From the IMG/VR virus record IMGVR_UViG_3300028591_000082: DNA of 64,000 nt. One strand, 5' to 3'. Positions within the stretch are counted from its first letter, which is position 1; the number at the start of each line of letters is the position of its first letter. Shown one piece after another: positions 29,837 to 38,562 of the stretch. The position numbers were made by a program, and so were the translations under genes. The DNA is from a virus (lineage: Duplodnaviria > Caudoviricetes). The notes under the pieces are model-generated. The model ran no database searches. It saw only the letters and a program-made list of their open reading frames with translations, and was not told where the DNA came from.

Positions 29837-30219
29837 ACTTTAAAAAATAATAAACCTTTCTTTTCTTTAAAATTCTTTATTGCAGATTTTTTATAATGTC
29901 TTATATATCTAAGTGATGCTGGATATTTTTCTTTTATTTCTTTATAAATATCCAGTTTTTCTTTTTTTGCTTTTTCTGCTGCATTAAAAATTTCTTTTAT
30001 TTTTTTAATTTCTTTTGAATTTTTTACATAATTTATATTATAGCCGAGAATATCATGCTGATTTGGAATTTCTTTACCTCTTCCATTAAATCTATAATTA
30101 TCATCTAATATAAGAATTTTTGGATTTGGATCGTTTTTGTAATTATCGTATGAGAACTTTGCAGTTCTCATATCTTCTGTGATAACTAAACTTAAATCCT
30201 CGGCTTCTTCAAACTTCAT
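29833..30219 (-). CDS. Possible DNA end-protector (gp2-like) protein
   Basis: F.Y...DP.P.ILIL...G.N.NY...IRHY..S pattern reminiscent of T4 gp2; late motif. Confidence 0.4.
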   Translation of the reverse strand: MKFEEAEDLSLVITEDMRTAKFSYDNYKNDPNPKILILDDNYRFNGRGKEIPNQHDILGYNINYVKNSKEIKKIKEIFNAAEKAKKEKLDIYKEIKEKYPASLRYIRHYKKSAIKNFKEKKGLLFFKV

Positions 30220-31148
30220 ACTTTTAACTTAGTTCTTATAGTTTGTGCTATTTCTCTTATTTCTGTCTGAGCATGTGGGTCATCTCTAAGAGCTATAAAT
30301 TTTTTCCAATCATTTGTAGTACCAGTTACAACAATAATTGTAGCTGCAGCATTTGGAAGTACCTCTCTAGCATCTTCTGGTTTAAGCCCATCATCTATAA
30401 GATCGAAATATTCAAGTTCTGCATGTTCAAAAGCATTTTTAAAAATATTTTCAATTGATTCATCATCTGCTGCGGGGGTCTTTTTATTACACTTAAATTT
30501 TGGCATAATAAAATTTATTGAGTGATCAAATTTATCATTAGAGAAATTACAGTATCTTTGACTCTGTTGTGAAAACGATAATGAACGATGACGTACTATT
30601 TGATGACTTGTTGAACGATTACAAACAATATTAAATGTTTTACTATCATGAAGCTCTTTTATACCTTCTGGTATATCTTCTTCTTTTATGTATTCAGCAC
30701 ATACTGGATAATTCAATGTAGCACCTTCTACATTATATGTAGTTTTAAGATCCCTTGTAAATATATATGGATATAATTCTTTAAGAATTGTATATGTTCC
30801 ATTATCATAATATATTTCTGGAGCATTTGTTGCATCCAACCAACCCCTTATATTTGATGAAACATATATAATTCCTTCTTCTCCTTGAGAAATATTAAAA
30901 AATTTCATATGATCTCTTTGAGAAATTGTTGCAAATGGGTCTCCTTTTCTAAGATCATATTTTATACATACTCTTTCGTGTTCTAGAACAGAACAGTGAC
31001 CACTTTTAACAACATTAGATATAAACTTTATGTATGAAGTATCATTTATGTTAGAATCACTTTTATAACATGTTCTACCAGCAATCTCTATTTTTTTACC
31101 AGGTGTTTTATTAATTATTTCTTCTACACTACTTTCTATTATATTCAT
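30216..31148 (-). CDS. thyX: FAD-dependent thymidylate synthase
   Basis: GHCSVLEH, RSTSHQIVRHRSLSFSQQSQRY, AREVLP, HAQTEIR; start reassigned to 31148. Confidence 0.92.
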   Translation of the reverse strand: MNIIESSVEEIINKTPGKKIEIAGRTCYKSDSNINDTSYIKFISNVVKSGHCSVLEHERVCIKYDLRKGDPFATISQRDHMKFFNISQGEEGIIYVSSNIRGWLDATNAPEIYYDNGTYTILKELYPYIFTRDLKTTYNVEGATLNYPVCAEYIKEEDIPEGIKELHDSKTFNIVCNRSTSHQIVRHRSLSFSQQSQRYCNFSNDKFDHSINFIMPKFKCNKKTPAADDESIENIFKNAFEHAELEYFDLIDDGLKPEDAREVLPNAAATIIVVTGTTNDWKKFIALRDDPHAQTEIREIAQTIRTKLKV

Positions 31149-31207
31149 AAAAATAATTATATTATTATGATATTTACAAGTCAAGTTAAAAATAAAAAGG
31201 AGTTGAA

Positions 31208-31942
31208 ATGTGGATAAAAAGAATAAAATCATTATTGCCATTATTATTGGTAGCGTTTTGCTTTATGCAGCAGGCTTTGGCACAGCCTATTTTATCGGAA
31301 AATTTAAATACACAAGAAGTATCGATAAACTTGAACGAATTCTTGGGGATGGAGAGTATACTGGAACCAGAGTTTATGAAGGACTCGAACAAAGACTCAA
31401 AGAGCTCGACGGATTTAGAGAAACAACAGCAAATATCGAAAAAGACACAGACAAATGCCTCGACACTGTTAAACAATCAAGACTTACTATTGGACAACTT
31501 GGAAATACAGTGGAAAGAATTGGAGCTACAAGTACAGGCATTGGAGATACAATCAGACAGCTTAAAGAAGGACAATCAAAAACTAGAGAATATGTTGTCG
31601 AGCTCGAAAACAACAATATCAAACTTGAGACAGAACTTAGACGAATACAAGATAGCGTTAGAGAGCAATAAAGAAGATACAGGATATATTGTAGCATTAT
31701 TTGCAGATGCACAAAATGAATTACAAAATATAAAAGAATATGTTGCACAACTAGAACATTCTAAAGCAAAGCTTAAAAATATAAGAATAACAACTGGTGT
31801 ATTTACTAGTGCTGGAATTGCAATGTTTTTCTGTGCGGATCTTATACAAGACCATGATAAAGTTAAACAATTTTTAAAAAGTTTTGGTATAGGAATGGCT
31901 GCTGCTGGTGGGATTTCATTAGGTGTAAGTTTTATGTTTTAA
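31208..31942 (+). CDS. Secreted/membrane coiled-coil protein (spanin-like partner)
   Basis: Signal-peptide-like N-terminus (…LLLVAFCFMQQALA), long heptad coiled coil, two C-terminal hydrophobic segments. Confidence 0.6.
   Translation: MWIKRIKSLLPLLLVAFCFMQQALAQPILSENLNTQEVSINLNEFLGMESILEPEFMKDSNKDSKSSTDLEKQQQISKKTQTNASTLLNNQDLLLDNLEIQWKELELQVQALEIQSDSLKKDNQKLENMLSSSKTTISNLRQNLDEYKIALESNKEDTGYIVALFADAQNELQNIKEYVAQLEHSKAKLKNIRITTGVFTSAGIAMFFCADLIQDHDKVKQFLKSFGIGMAAAGGISLGVSFMF
31210..31671 (+). CDS. Nested i-spanin-like protein (N-terminal TM + coiled coil)
   Basis: GTG start 2 nt after partner ATG, shared AAGGAG SD, IIIAIIIGSVLLYAAGFGTAYFIG TM. Confidence 0.55.
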   Translation: MDKKNKIIIAIIIGSVLLYAAGFGTAYFIGKFKYTRSIDKLERILGDGEYTGTRVYEGLEQRLKELDGFRETTANIEKDTDKCLDTVKQSRLTIGQLGNTVERIGATSTGIGDTIRQLKEGQSKTREYVVELENNNIKLETELRRIQDSVREQ

Positions 31943-31944
31943 AT

Positions 31945-31974
31945 AAAAAAAGCGGGTTTAAAACCCGCTTTTTT
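31945..31974. terminator. Bidirectional intrinsic terminator
   Basis: A-tract-GCGGGTTT-A-AAACCCGC-T-tract between convergent genes. Confidence 0.85.
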
Positions 31975-32078
31975 ATTACTCGTCCCAAGTAAAATCTTCT
32001 TTTGCTTCAGAAGCTCTGGATGAAGCTGTTGCAACTCCTTCTCTAACTCCTTCAGTATCAACTGCATCTGATTTAGCA

Positions 32079-32975
32079 TTAGTAATTTATTACTGGACTA
32101 TTTCTCAATGTAATTCCATACTCAACTCTGTTTACTTGTTTATTAGTATTTATTAAATTTTCTACTATCTTCATGCTTTTATCAAAGTTGTTTAATAGTT
32201 CTTCATCTATTTCTTCAACTTCTTCTACTTGCATATTCCCTCTTCCATTTCTTATTTGTGAAAGTTGTGTCATTTGCGCAAGTTGCTGTTCTGCTTGTTT
32301 TCTCTGCTGCATTTTAATTTTTCTTTTTTTAAGAACTCTTAAAATAAGTTTAAGTGCCAAAATTCCACCAATAGTTCCAAATACAACATTAAAATGTGCT
32401 GGATTAAGAACCCAAGCCATTCCTTTTGATAATATAGCCTTCATTGAAGCTAATGCATTTGTAGGATCTGTTGCAGCTGCTTTTGCCGCTTCAGCACTTT
32501 TTGCTGCAAATTTAGAACTTACATTGCCACTTTGATAATTACCAAATGTTTTACTTAATTTAGTCCAAATTCCACCAGGATTTTTTTCCTGAGCAAGTGT
32601 TGTAAGCCATTTTTCTTTATAATTATCTGGTATTGTTCTAAATACATCCGAAGTTCTAAGAGCATTTATTTCTTTAGCAAGTTCTACTTTCGATTTACCA
32701 CTAAGAAACCCACCTATTTTATTAACCAAATTGCTTTCTTTAAGAACTTCTTGTAGCTCACCATTATCAATTCTTTCTTTTATTTCTTCGGTAATTATAC
32801 CGCTTTCTTCAATAAGATCTGGATCAAATACTTTAATAGCTAAATCATCAACAAGTGTAAAATCTATTTTGTTACCTTCAAAAACTTCATATACACCTTC
32901 ATACAAATACTTTGTACTATCTCCAAATGTTACTCTATCTAATGCATATGTTGCAAGAAAATCAGCAAATCTCAT
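32079..32975 (-). CDS. Putative head-internal/ejected protein with TM segment
   Basis: MRFADFL N-terminus, several L/I-x-E sites, TM VVFGTIGGILALKLIL, late motif at 32993-32999. Confidence 0.55.
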   Translation of the reverse strand: MRFADFLATYALDRVTFGDSTKYLYEGVYEVFEGNKIDFTLVDDLAIKVFDPDLIEESGIITEEIKERIDNGELQEVLKESNLVNKIGGFLSGKSKVELAKEINALRTSDVFRTIPDNYKEKWLTTLAQEKNPGGIWTKLSKTFGNYQSGNVSSKFAAKSAEAAKAAATDPTNALASMKAILSKGMAWVLNPAHFNVVFGTIGGILALKLILRVLKKRKIKMQQRKQAEQQLAQMTQLSQIRNGRGNMQVEEVEEIDEELLNNFDKSMKIVENLINTNKQVNRVEYGITLRNSPVINY

Positions 32976-32984
32976 TATATTCCT

Positions 32985-33479
32985 CTACGAATTTAACTTA
33001 TTTTCTGCACGGAGATTTGCTAAATTTATACCTACTTCACTGCCAGATGAAGCTTGAATATATACATTTCCACTATTATCCATTTGTTGTTTTGCTTTAA
33101 GTGCTTCAAGTTTTGCTTTTGCATTTACAAGATTTGTTATTGCTGTAATATTTTCATTTTTTAATCTTAAACTTTCAACAAGAGCAACTTTTGAAGCATC
33201 TGTTCTATCTCTTCCAGTAGCTAATGGGCTATAAAATAAATGATAAATATCATCAGCTTGATCATTAACATTTTCGACATATTTTAAAGCTCTTGTTATA
33301 AGATTATCAACTGAATATTGTTCTTCTTGAGATGGTTGTTCTTGTTTTACTTCTGCAACTTCATTCTTTTTTACAGCTTCAATTTCGTTTTCTATAATTT
33401 TTATTGCATTATCTATTTCATCAGCATCAAAAATATCTGCTGGATCTATAGCGTCAGACATCGTAGTATCCTCCACCAC
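32985..33479 (-). CDS. Helical hypothetical protein (terminase small subunit candidate)
   Basis: Size and helical/coiled-coil layout only. Confidence 0.3.
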   Translation of the reverse strand: MVEDTTMSDAIDPADIFDADEIDNAIKIIENEIEAVKKNEVAEVKQEQPSQEEQYSVDNLITRALKYVENVNDQADDIYHLFYSPLATGRDRTDASKVALVESLRLKNENITAITNLVNAKAKLEALKAKQQMDNSGNVYIQASSGSEVGINLANLRAENKLNS

Positions 33480-33675
33480 TCATTATTTTAGCAAGTTTAT
33501 TAAAATAATCATCAACAGTCTCATTATCATACATAGATTTTGAAGTTATTTTACCAACATTATTCCAGAAAGCTCTTTGAATTGGACCACCAGAGCTAAC
33601 ATCGTGTAAGAGTTTTTCTTCAATATTTTCTATATAACTACAAGTAAGATTGTCTTTTAAATTACTCTTTGGCAT
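33454..33675 (-). CDS. Hypothetical protein
   Basis: AAGATAA-4nt-ATG. Confidence 0.55.
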   Translation of the reverse strand: MPKSNLKDNLTCSYIENIEEKLLHDVSSGGPIQRAFWNNVGKITSKSMYDNETVDDYFNKLAKIMSGGGYYDV

Positions 33676-33679
33676 ATAA

Positions 33680-34456
33680 TTATCTTCTTGTAGGAATTAA
33701 CTGCTGAAACTCAGAACGATATTCTGATATTTCTTCTATAAATTTTTTATAATCTGTTGTTTTATATCCATATGCCCTAAAGGCACAGAATAAATCATTT
33801 TTTCCAACTATATTTTTATTTTTTACAAGATATTCCATAAGAATAGAAGTAAGTTCTATATACTTTTTTCTTTTTTCTCTTATATAATGTTCATCTATTA
33901 TTTTAAGAAATGTAGATTCAAGATCTTCAAAAAATAAATTATAATTTGTTTCTTGCTTCTGTTCTACATCTGGACATATATCAATATCTGCCGTAAGTCT
34001 ATGTTTTTTCATTTTTAATGTGTAATTAAGTAAATCCATTTTACACAAAATTGAAAAAAGATTAAATGCGGTTCCTCTTCCAGGAACATATTTTGGTAAA
34101 TATTTCCAGCAAGCAGAAAGTCCTTCTGCTTCCAAGTCTTCTACAGAATCAAATCTCCAATACATATATTTATTTATAATTGCTCTAACTATAAGTAATA
34201 ATGATTGAAGTATTTCTTCTTCTGCCTCAACATCTCTTGAAATTATTTTTCCATCTTTATCATATTTTAATGAAGGTTGATAAACATCAACTATTAAATG
34301 TTTTATTCTTTCTTCATCAAAGTAAATATTCTGTTTTTTATTTTTAAAATTAAAATTATTATGATTTTTATTTTCTAGTTCTTCTAGTTCTTCTAATTCT
34401 TTCTTATCGTCAGAATTAAGCATGTATTCGTATATTTCTTCTTCTTTTTCATCCAT
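33680..34456 (-). CDS. Late-transcription sigma factor (T4 gp55-like)
   Basis: YFDEE, DLEAEGLSACWKYLPKYVP..GTAFNLFSILCK region-2-like pattern; no region 4 evident. Confidence 0.7.
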   Translation of the reverse strand: MDEKEEEIYEYMLNSDDKKELEELEELENKNHNNFNFKNKKQNIYFDEERIKHLIVDVYQPSLKYDKDGKIISRDVEAEEEILQSLLLIVRAIINKYMYWRFDSVEDLEAEGLSACWKYLPKYVPGRGTAFNLFSILCKMDLLNYTLKMKKHRLTADIDICPDVEQKQETNYNLFFEDLESTFLKIIDEHYIREKRKKYIELTSILMEYLVKNKNIVGKNDLFCAFRAYGYKTTDYKKFIEEISEYRSEFQQLIPTRR

Positions 34457-34471
34457 AAAGAATATTTAACA

Positions 34472-34753
34472 TCATGCTTTTATTTTGTCAAGTATTTTGT
34501 AGTCATCTATATTAAGGGATTTTGTTTTCCATATTTCTTCAAGCCAATTATGAAATTCTTTTCTTGCTAATTGTTTTTGTATTGAGGTAATTCTGTTTGA
34601 ACTATGAGGGAAAAAGAAGCATTTTGCTCTTTTTATTTCATCTTCATTATTATAAAAGACAAGCTGCCACATATCATTGGTAGTTGAATATAATATTACA
34701 GTACCAATGGAAGTTTTTTTAGATTTAGCTATTTTAACTCCATTTAAACACAT
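34472..34753 (-). CDS. Hypothetical protein
   Basis: AAGCTAA motif 6 nt upstream. Confidence 0.5.
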   Translation of the reverse strand: MCLNGVKIAKSKKTSIGTVILYSTTNDMWQLVFYNNEDEIKRAKCFFFPHSSNRITSIQKQLARKEFHNWLEEIWKTKSLNIDDYKILDKIKA

Positions 34754-34772
34754 TCAAAATTAGCTTATATGT

Positions 34773-35543
34773 TTATTCTTTTTTGCTAATAAGACCGTTT
34801 CTGTAATCAACTATTCTTTCATTAACCTTCATTAGATTAAATGGAGCATTAATTATTTCACCATCTATAATCATAACATTTGAAACAATGTCTGAATTTG
34901 CTACTTTTTTAATTCTTACTCCAACATTATCATCTTTCCCAAACCCATATTGGATATCTACAAATATAGAACTCTTTTTGTCTACCATTTGACTTATTTG
35001 AGTTGCTTGCGGTGAGAATATTGTATTAATTACTTCAGAAGTAAATTCATCAAATACAGATACACCTTCAACTTGTTCTTTAGTTAAATATTCTATAATA
35101 TCTTGGAATGTCTGTATTTCATCAACTTTTTCTTTTTTAAGTTCTACTTGTCCTTCTATCTTTCTAACTATGTTATTATCATCTTTAATATCCATAGTCT
35201 TATTTTCAGTTTCACTTTCTTCTTCTGTTTGAACTGAAGCAAGCATTGAAATATCTTTGTCACTCATTGTAATACCAGAATTCTGAGATTGTTCTGGCTG
35301 CTGAGACTGTTGTGCTTGATCCTGCTGCTGAGTTTGATCAGGCTGGTTATTCTGCTGATCTTGCTGTTGATTTTGAGCAGGCTGCTGTTGCTGTTGTTGA
35401 GTATTATCTTGTTCTTTATTTTCTGTTTGAGGTTTTATAAGATTTATATTTAATTTATAAAAAATACTTATAATTTTCTTTGAAACTTTATTTTCTTCGT
35501 TTATAACTTCAAACTCTTTATTGATAATATCTCTTAATGTCAT
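34773..35543 (-). CDS. Gln-rich putative head-internal protein
   Basis: MTLRDIINKEFEVINEE N-terminus, Q/N/P low-complexity linker. Confidence 0.6.
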   Translation of the reverse strand: MTLRDIINKEFEVINEENKVSKKIISIFYKLNINLIKPQTENKEQDNTQQQQQQPAQNQQQDQQNNQPDQTQQQDQAQQSQQPEQSQNSGITMSDKDISMLASVQTEEESETENKTMDIKDDNNIVRKIEGQVELKKEKVDEIQTFQDIIEYLTKEQVEGVSVFDEFTSEVINTIFSPQATQISQMVDKKSSIFVDIQYGFGKDDNVGVRIKKVANSDIVSNVMIIDGEIINAPFNLMKVNERIVDYRNGLISKKE

Positions 35544-35725
35544 TCTTTGTTTTTCCTATCTTTTTCTATATTTAGAAGTTCTTCACAAACATCAGTTAGT
35601 TTATTAACAAAATAAGTAAAATCTCTTATATCAAATTCATAATCTTCATCAATAACAACTGAAAGTTTTTCTTCATCAATATCAAGATGAATTTTTCTTC
35701 CGCCTATATCTATAACTTTCTGCAT
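35540..35725 (-). CDS. Hypothetical protein
   Basis: 61 aa ORF, GGAG SD. Confidence 0.5.
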   Translation of the reverse strand: MQKVIDIGGRKIHLDIDEEKLSVVIDEDYEFDIRDFTYFVNKLTDVCEELLNIEKDRKNKE

Positions 35726-35726
35726 T

Positions 35727-37064
35727 TTATATCTCCATTGTTTCTATAAAATTATCTAATTCTTTTGGATCATCTGCCCAAAGTTTCATTATATCTTCGC
35801 TAGACATTTTTTTTGTCTTATCTATAGCATCTTCTTGAATTTTTTGATGATATTTTTCTTGTTCTTTTATTTTGTCTGAAAGAGATTTATCAAAAAGATT
35901 TCCAAAAACTGGATCTTCTTCTTGTTCTTTATCATCTTCCATCATTGATAAACCATTTTTTACTTCTAAATCTTTATTTTCAAATGATTCATTTGTCCAT
36001 ATATCTTGTTCTTTTGAGCATCCATCAAGATTACACATTGATAATACATAACCAACATCTATTTTTTCTGGATCATATAAACCATTTTCCATAAGAACAG
36101 CAAAAATTCTATTAAATTTTTCTACATAATATGGTTCACCAAGAATTAAATCATATCCAAATATTTTACTATAAATTCTTTTTGCAGCTGGTAAATATTT
36201 GTTTCCAGTAAGGTCTTCAAATAATTGTTTCATTTCATCTTCTGTAAGCCCATTATCGTCAGTTAAATCTTTTTCAACTTCTTCTTTAGGCATTAAATTT
36301 TTACTCTGTTCTGCCCATTTGTCAAGTAATTCTTTATCATTAAGAGGAGCCTCTTCTTTTTCTGGAGTTATTTTAAATTCATCTTTATTTTCGTTACACC
36401 AATTTCTAAGGTCATTCATTCTAAATTTTGTTTTTAAGAATAATGATAATCTTGGTGTTATTTTTGAAAGCAAATTATTTGCTGTACAATATTCAAATAC
36501 GTATTTGAAATATCTCTTTTCTATCGGAGAAAGTTTGTTATATTCATCTCTTTCTTGTTTAGAAAGCTCATATTTTGTTCCGTAAAAATTATACCAATCT
36601 TTTTTATACTTAATTAATGAAGATTCCATTATTGTATTAAAATCTTCATCTTCTAATTCTATATTATTTTCTTTAATTTCTTTTTTAATTGTTTCTACTT
36701 TTTTGTCTTCAATTTTATTTGAAATCTCTTGGAGTTTTTGTTCAAGTTTTGAAAGGTCATACATAATACCATCATTAAATTTTTGACCAAGAGAGTTTGT
36801 AATTGTTACTGTTTTATATTCAAGTAAACCTTTTTCTTTAAGGGATTTTCTTCTACGTTGAAGTGTTTTAGATGAGACAGCACGAGATATGTCACAATCA
36901 TGTAATCTCCAATTTGATGTGTTTTTCATAATCTTAGTTATGAAGACTAATTCATCATCTGTAATTCCCAACTCTTCTTGGTAATCAATCAAGAGGTTAG
37001 AAACCATTATAAATCCATTTCTTTGGAGATAATTCGAGTTTGGTGCTGATTTTATATTAGACAT
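35727..37064 (-). CDS. Replication initiator-like protein with DnaD N-terminal winged helix
   Basis: GFIMVSNLLIDYQEELGITDDELVFI...SKTLQRRRKSLKEKGLL...YDLSKL. Confidence 0.7.
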   Translation of the reverse strand: MSNIKSAPNSNYLQRNGFIMVSNLLIDYQEELGITDDELVFITKIMKNTSNWRLHDCDISRAVSSKTLQRRRKSLKEKGLLEYKTVTITNSLGQKFNDGIMYDLSKLEQKLQEISNKIEDKKVETIKKEIKENNIELEDEDFNTIMESSLIKYKKDWYNFYGTKYELSKQERDEYNKLSPIEKRYFKYVFEYCTANNLLSKITPRLSLFLKTKFRMNDLRNWCNENKDEFKITPEKEEAPLNDKELLDKWAEQSKNLMPKEEVEKDLTDDNGLTEDEMKQLFEDLTGNKYLPAAKRIYSKIFGYDLILGEPYYVEKFNRIFAVLMENGLYDPEKIDVGYVLSMCNLDGCSKEQDIWTNESFENKDLEVKNGLSMMEDDKEQEEDPVFGNLFDKSLSDKIKEQEKYHQKIQEDAIDKTKKMSSEDIMKLWADDPKELDNFIETMEI

Positions 37065-37140
37065 AAGTTATACTCCTGGCTAGAAACTAGAAGGGGTCCC
37101 CGATCCTAGCCAGTTTCTAACTATCTCTTGCGAGACAAAT
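37065..37140 (-). promoter_or_regulatory. Structured 5' leader (GNRA hairpin + pseudoknot/switch)
   Basis: TGTCTC-GCAA-GAGATA hairpin; two 8-bp helices in A-B-A'-B' order next to the AGGAG SD. Confidence 0.55.
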
Positions 37141-37181
37141 TTAACTTTAATACAAAGTTTTGATTTTGTCAAGTTAAAAAT

Positions 37182-37577
37182 ATGAAGTTTGATGAAGCTG
37201 TTACACTTGCCGAGGGCAATTTATTAAACGAAGAAATTCTCAATGAAATTTTATATAATAAATATGTAAATACACTACTCACAAAAAATGAGTATGAAAT
37301 TAAAAACCAAAACAGAAGAATTATAGAGGCAGAAGGAAAACCAAATAAAATGCGTTCTTTCCCTCATGGTGAAATTACTGCAAATAAGAATGTAACAATG
37401 CCTGACTGTGGTGGTTTTGATGCTTTTGCAAAGGGTGTTATGGACTATCTTCAAAAAACAAGAACAGAAGAAGATATTAAGAAATTGATTCCTTATATCA
37501 ATATTGCATTGCAAGATTTAAAGAAAAGAATTTCCGAAGTAAAACCTATAGAAGACGAAAAAACTATTAAAAAATAA
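37182..37577 (+). CDS. Putative head-internal protein
   Basis: MKFDEAVTLAEGNLLNEEILNE N-terminus; AAGTTAA-4nt-ATG. Confidence 0.6.
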   Translation: MKFDEAVTLAEGNLLNEEILNEILYNKYVNTLLTKNEYEIKNQNRRIIEAEGKPNKMRSFPHGEITANKNVTMPDCGGFDAFAKGVMDYLQKTRTEEDIKKLIPYINIALQDLKKRISEVKPIEDEKTIKK

Positions 37578-38127
37578 CTTCTCTTTTAATTCCAATTTTC
37601 TTTAATTGTTTAAGAAAATCCTCTTTGTTTATATCTGATGATGCTGATATAATAGCATCTTTTTGAGCCTGCCATTTTAATATAAATTTAGCCTCTTTTA
37701 TAGAGAAAATATCAATTGTAGCATCATTATATTTTGCATAATCTTTTAAAATATTTAAAAGTTCTTTTTGAGAAATTGCATAAAATACTTTTGTTTTTTT
37801 GAGGTTATTATCTGCTCCATAAAAATAATATTTTGCTGTTCCGTTTATGATTTCATTTGAAACAGATGATTGTAAAGTTCTTTTTATAAAATTTACATAA
37901 AAATTTTCTGGAATTTGTTTATAAACTCCATAAGTTTCCAGTCCATTAGTATCATCAAAGTAATAAATTACTTTAACGTCTCCATCATCTTCTTTTTCTT
38001 TGAAATATTTATATATTTCATTGAATGGTATTAATTCACCACAAAACCCAGATTCAATATATACTGGATCTTCTTTTATGATAGAGAATGTTCCGTTCAA
38101 ATTTTTTTGAAGAAAAATTTTTTTCAT
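37567..38127 (-). CDS. Hypothetical protein
   Basis: 186 aa ORF, AAGGA SD, TTGACA/TATAAT boxes upstream. Confidence 0.6.
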   Translation of the reverse strand: MKKIFLQKNLNGTFSIIKEDPVYIESGFCGELIPFNEIYKYFKEKEDDGDVKVIYYFDDTNGLETYGVYKQIPENFYVNFIKRTLQSSVSNEIINGTAKYYFYGADNNLKKTKVFYAISQKELLNILKDYAKYNDATIDIFSIKEAKFILKWQAQKDAIISASSDINKEDFLKQLKKIGIKREVIF

Positions 38128-38341
38128 AGCACTTCCTTTTTTAATTATATTATAACATTAACTAGGATTTTTGTCAAGTTTTTCTCTTTTTCTTATTTGA
38201 AGGATTTTTTTCTTTCTTTTATTGATTTGCTTTTTTAAAAGTTCAATTTCTGAACTAAGTTGCTCTATTTCTTCATTGGGTTTTTTATGTTTCTTTTTAT
38301 CACTCATCTCAGAACCAACTTCAATATTAACTTCTCAAAAT

Positions 38342-38374
38342 AGCGCCGAAGGCGCTGCGAGGCAAAGCCTCGCA
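38342..38374. repeat. Two adjacent GC-rich triloop hairpins
   Basis: AGCGCC-GAA-GGCGCT and TGCGAGGC-AAA-GCCTCGCA. Confidence 0.85.
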
Positions 38375-38478
38375 AAAAATATTTTATAACATTTAAACAA
38401 TTACGCAATAGTAAAAAACCTTTTTGGTTTTTACTCTAGCTAATATGTTATATTAGTATGTTTAGCGGCGGTCATCCG

Positions 38479-38562
38479 TGTCCACTCAGAGGACAAATTT
38501 GTCCACTCGGAGCATATTTTTGTATTTTTTTGTCCATTGAAAGGACAGAATTGTCCACTCGG
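38479..38562. repeat. Iteron-like 32-bp direct repeats (candidate replication origin)
   Basis: 38479-38510 and 38531-38562, 27/32 identical, each TGTCC-N7-GGACA-N4-TGTCC. Confidence 0.75.

Noticed and set aside
38479-38562. Mini CRISPR array
   Set aside because: Only two imperfect 32-bp units with a 20-bp T-rich gap and no cas genes; fits iterons better.
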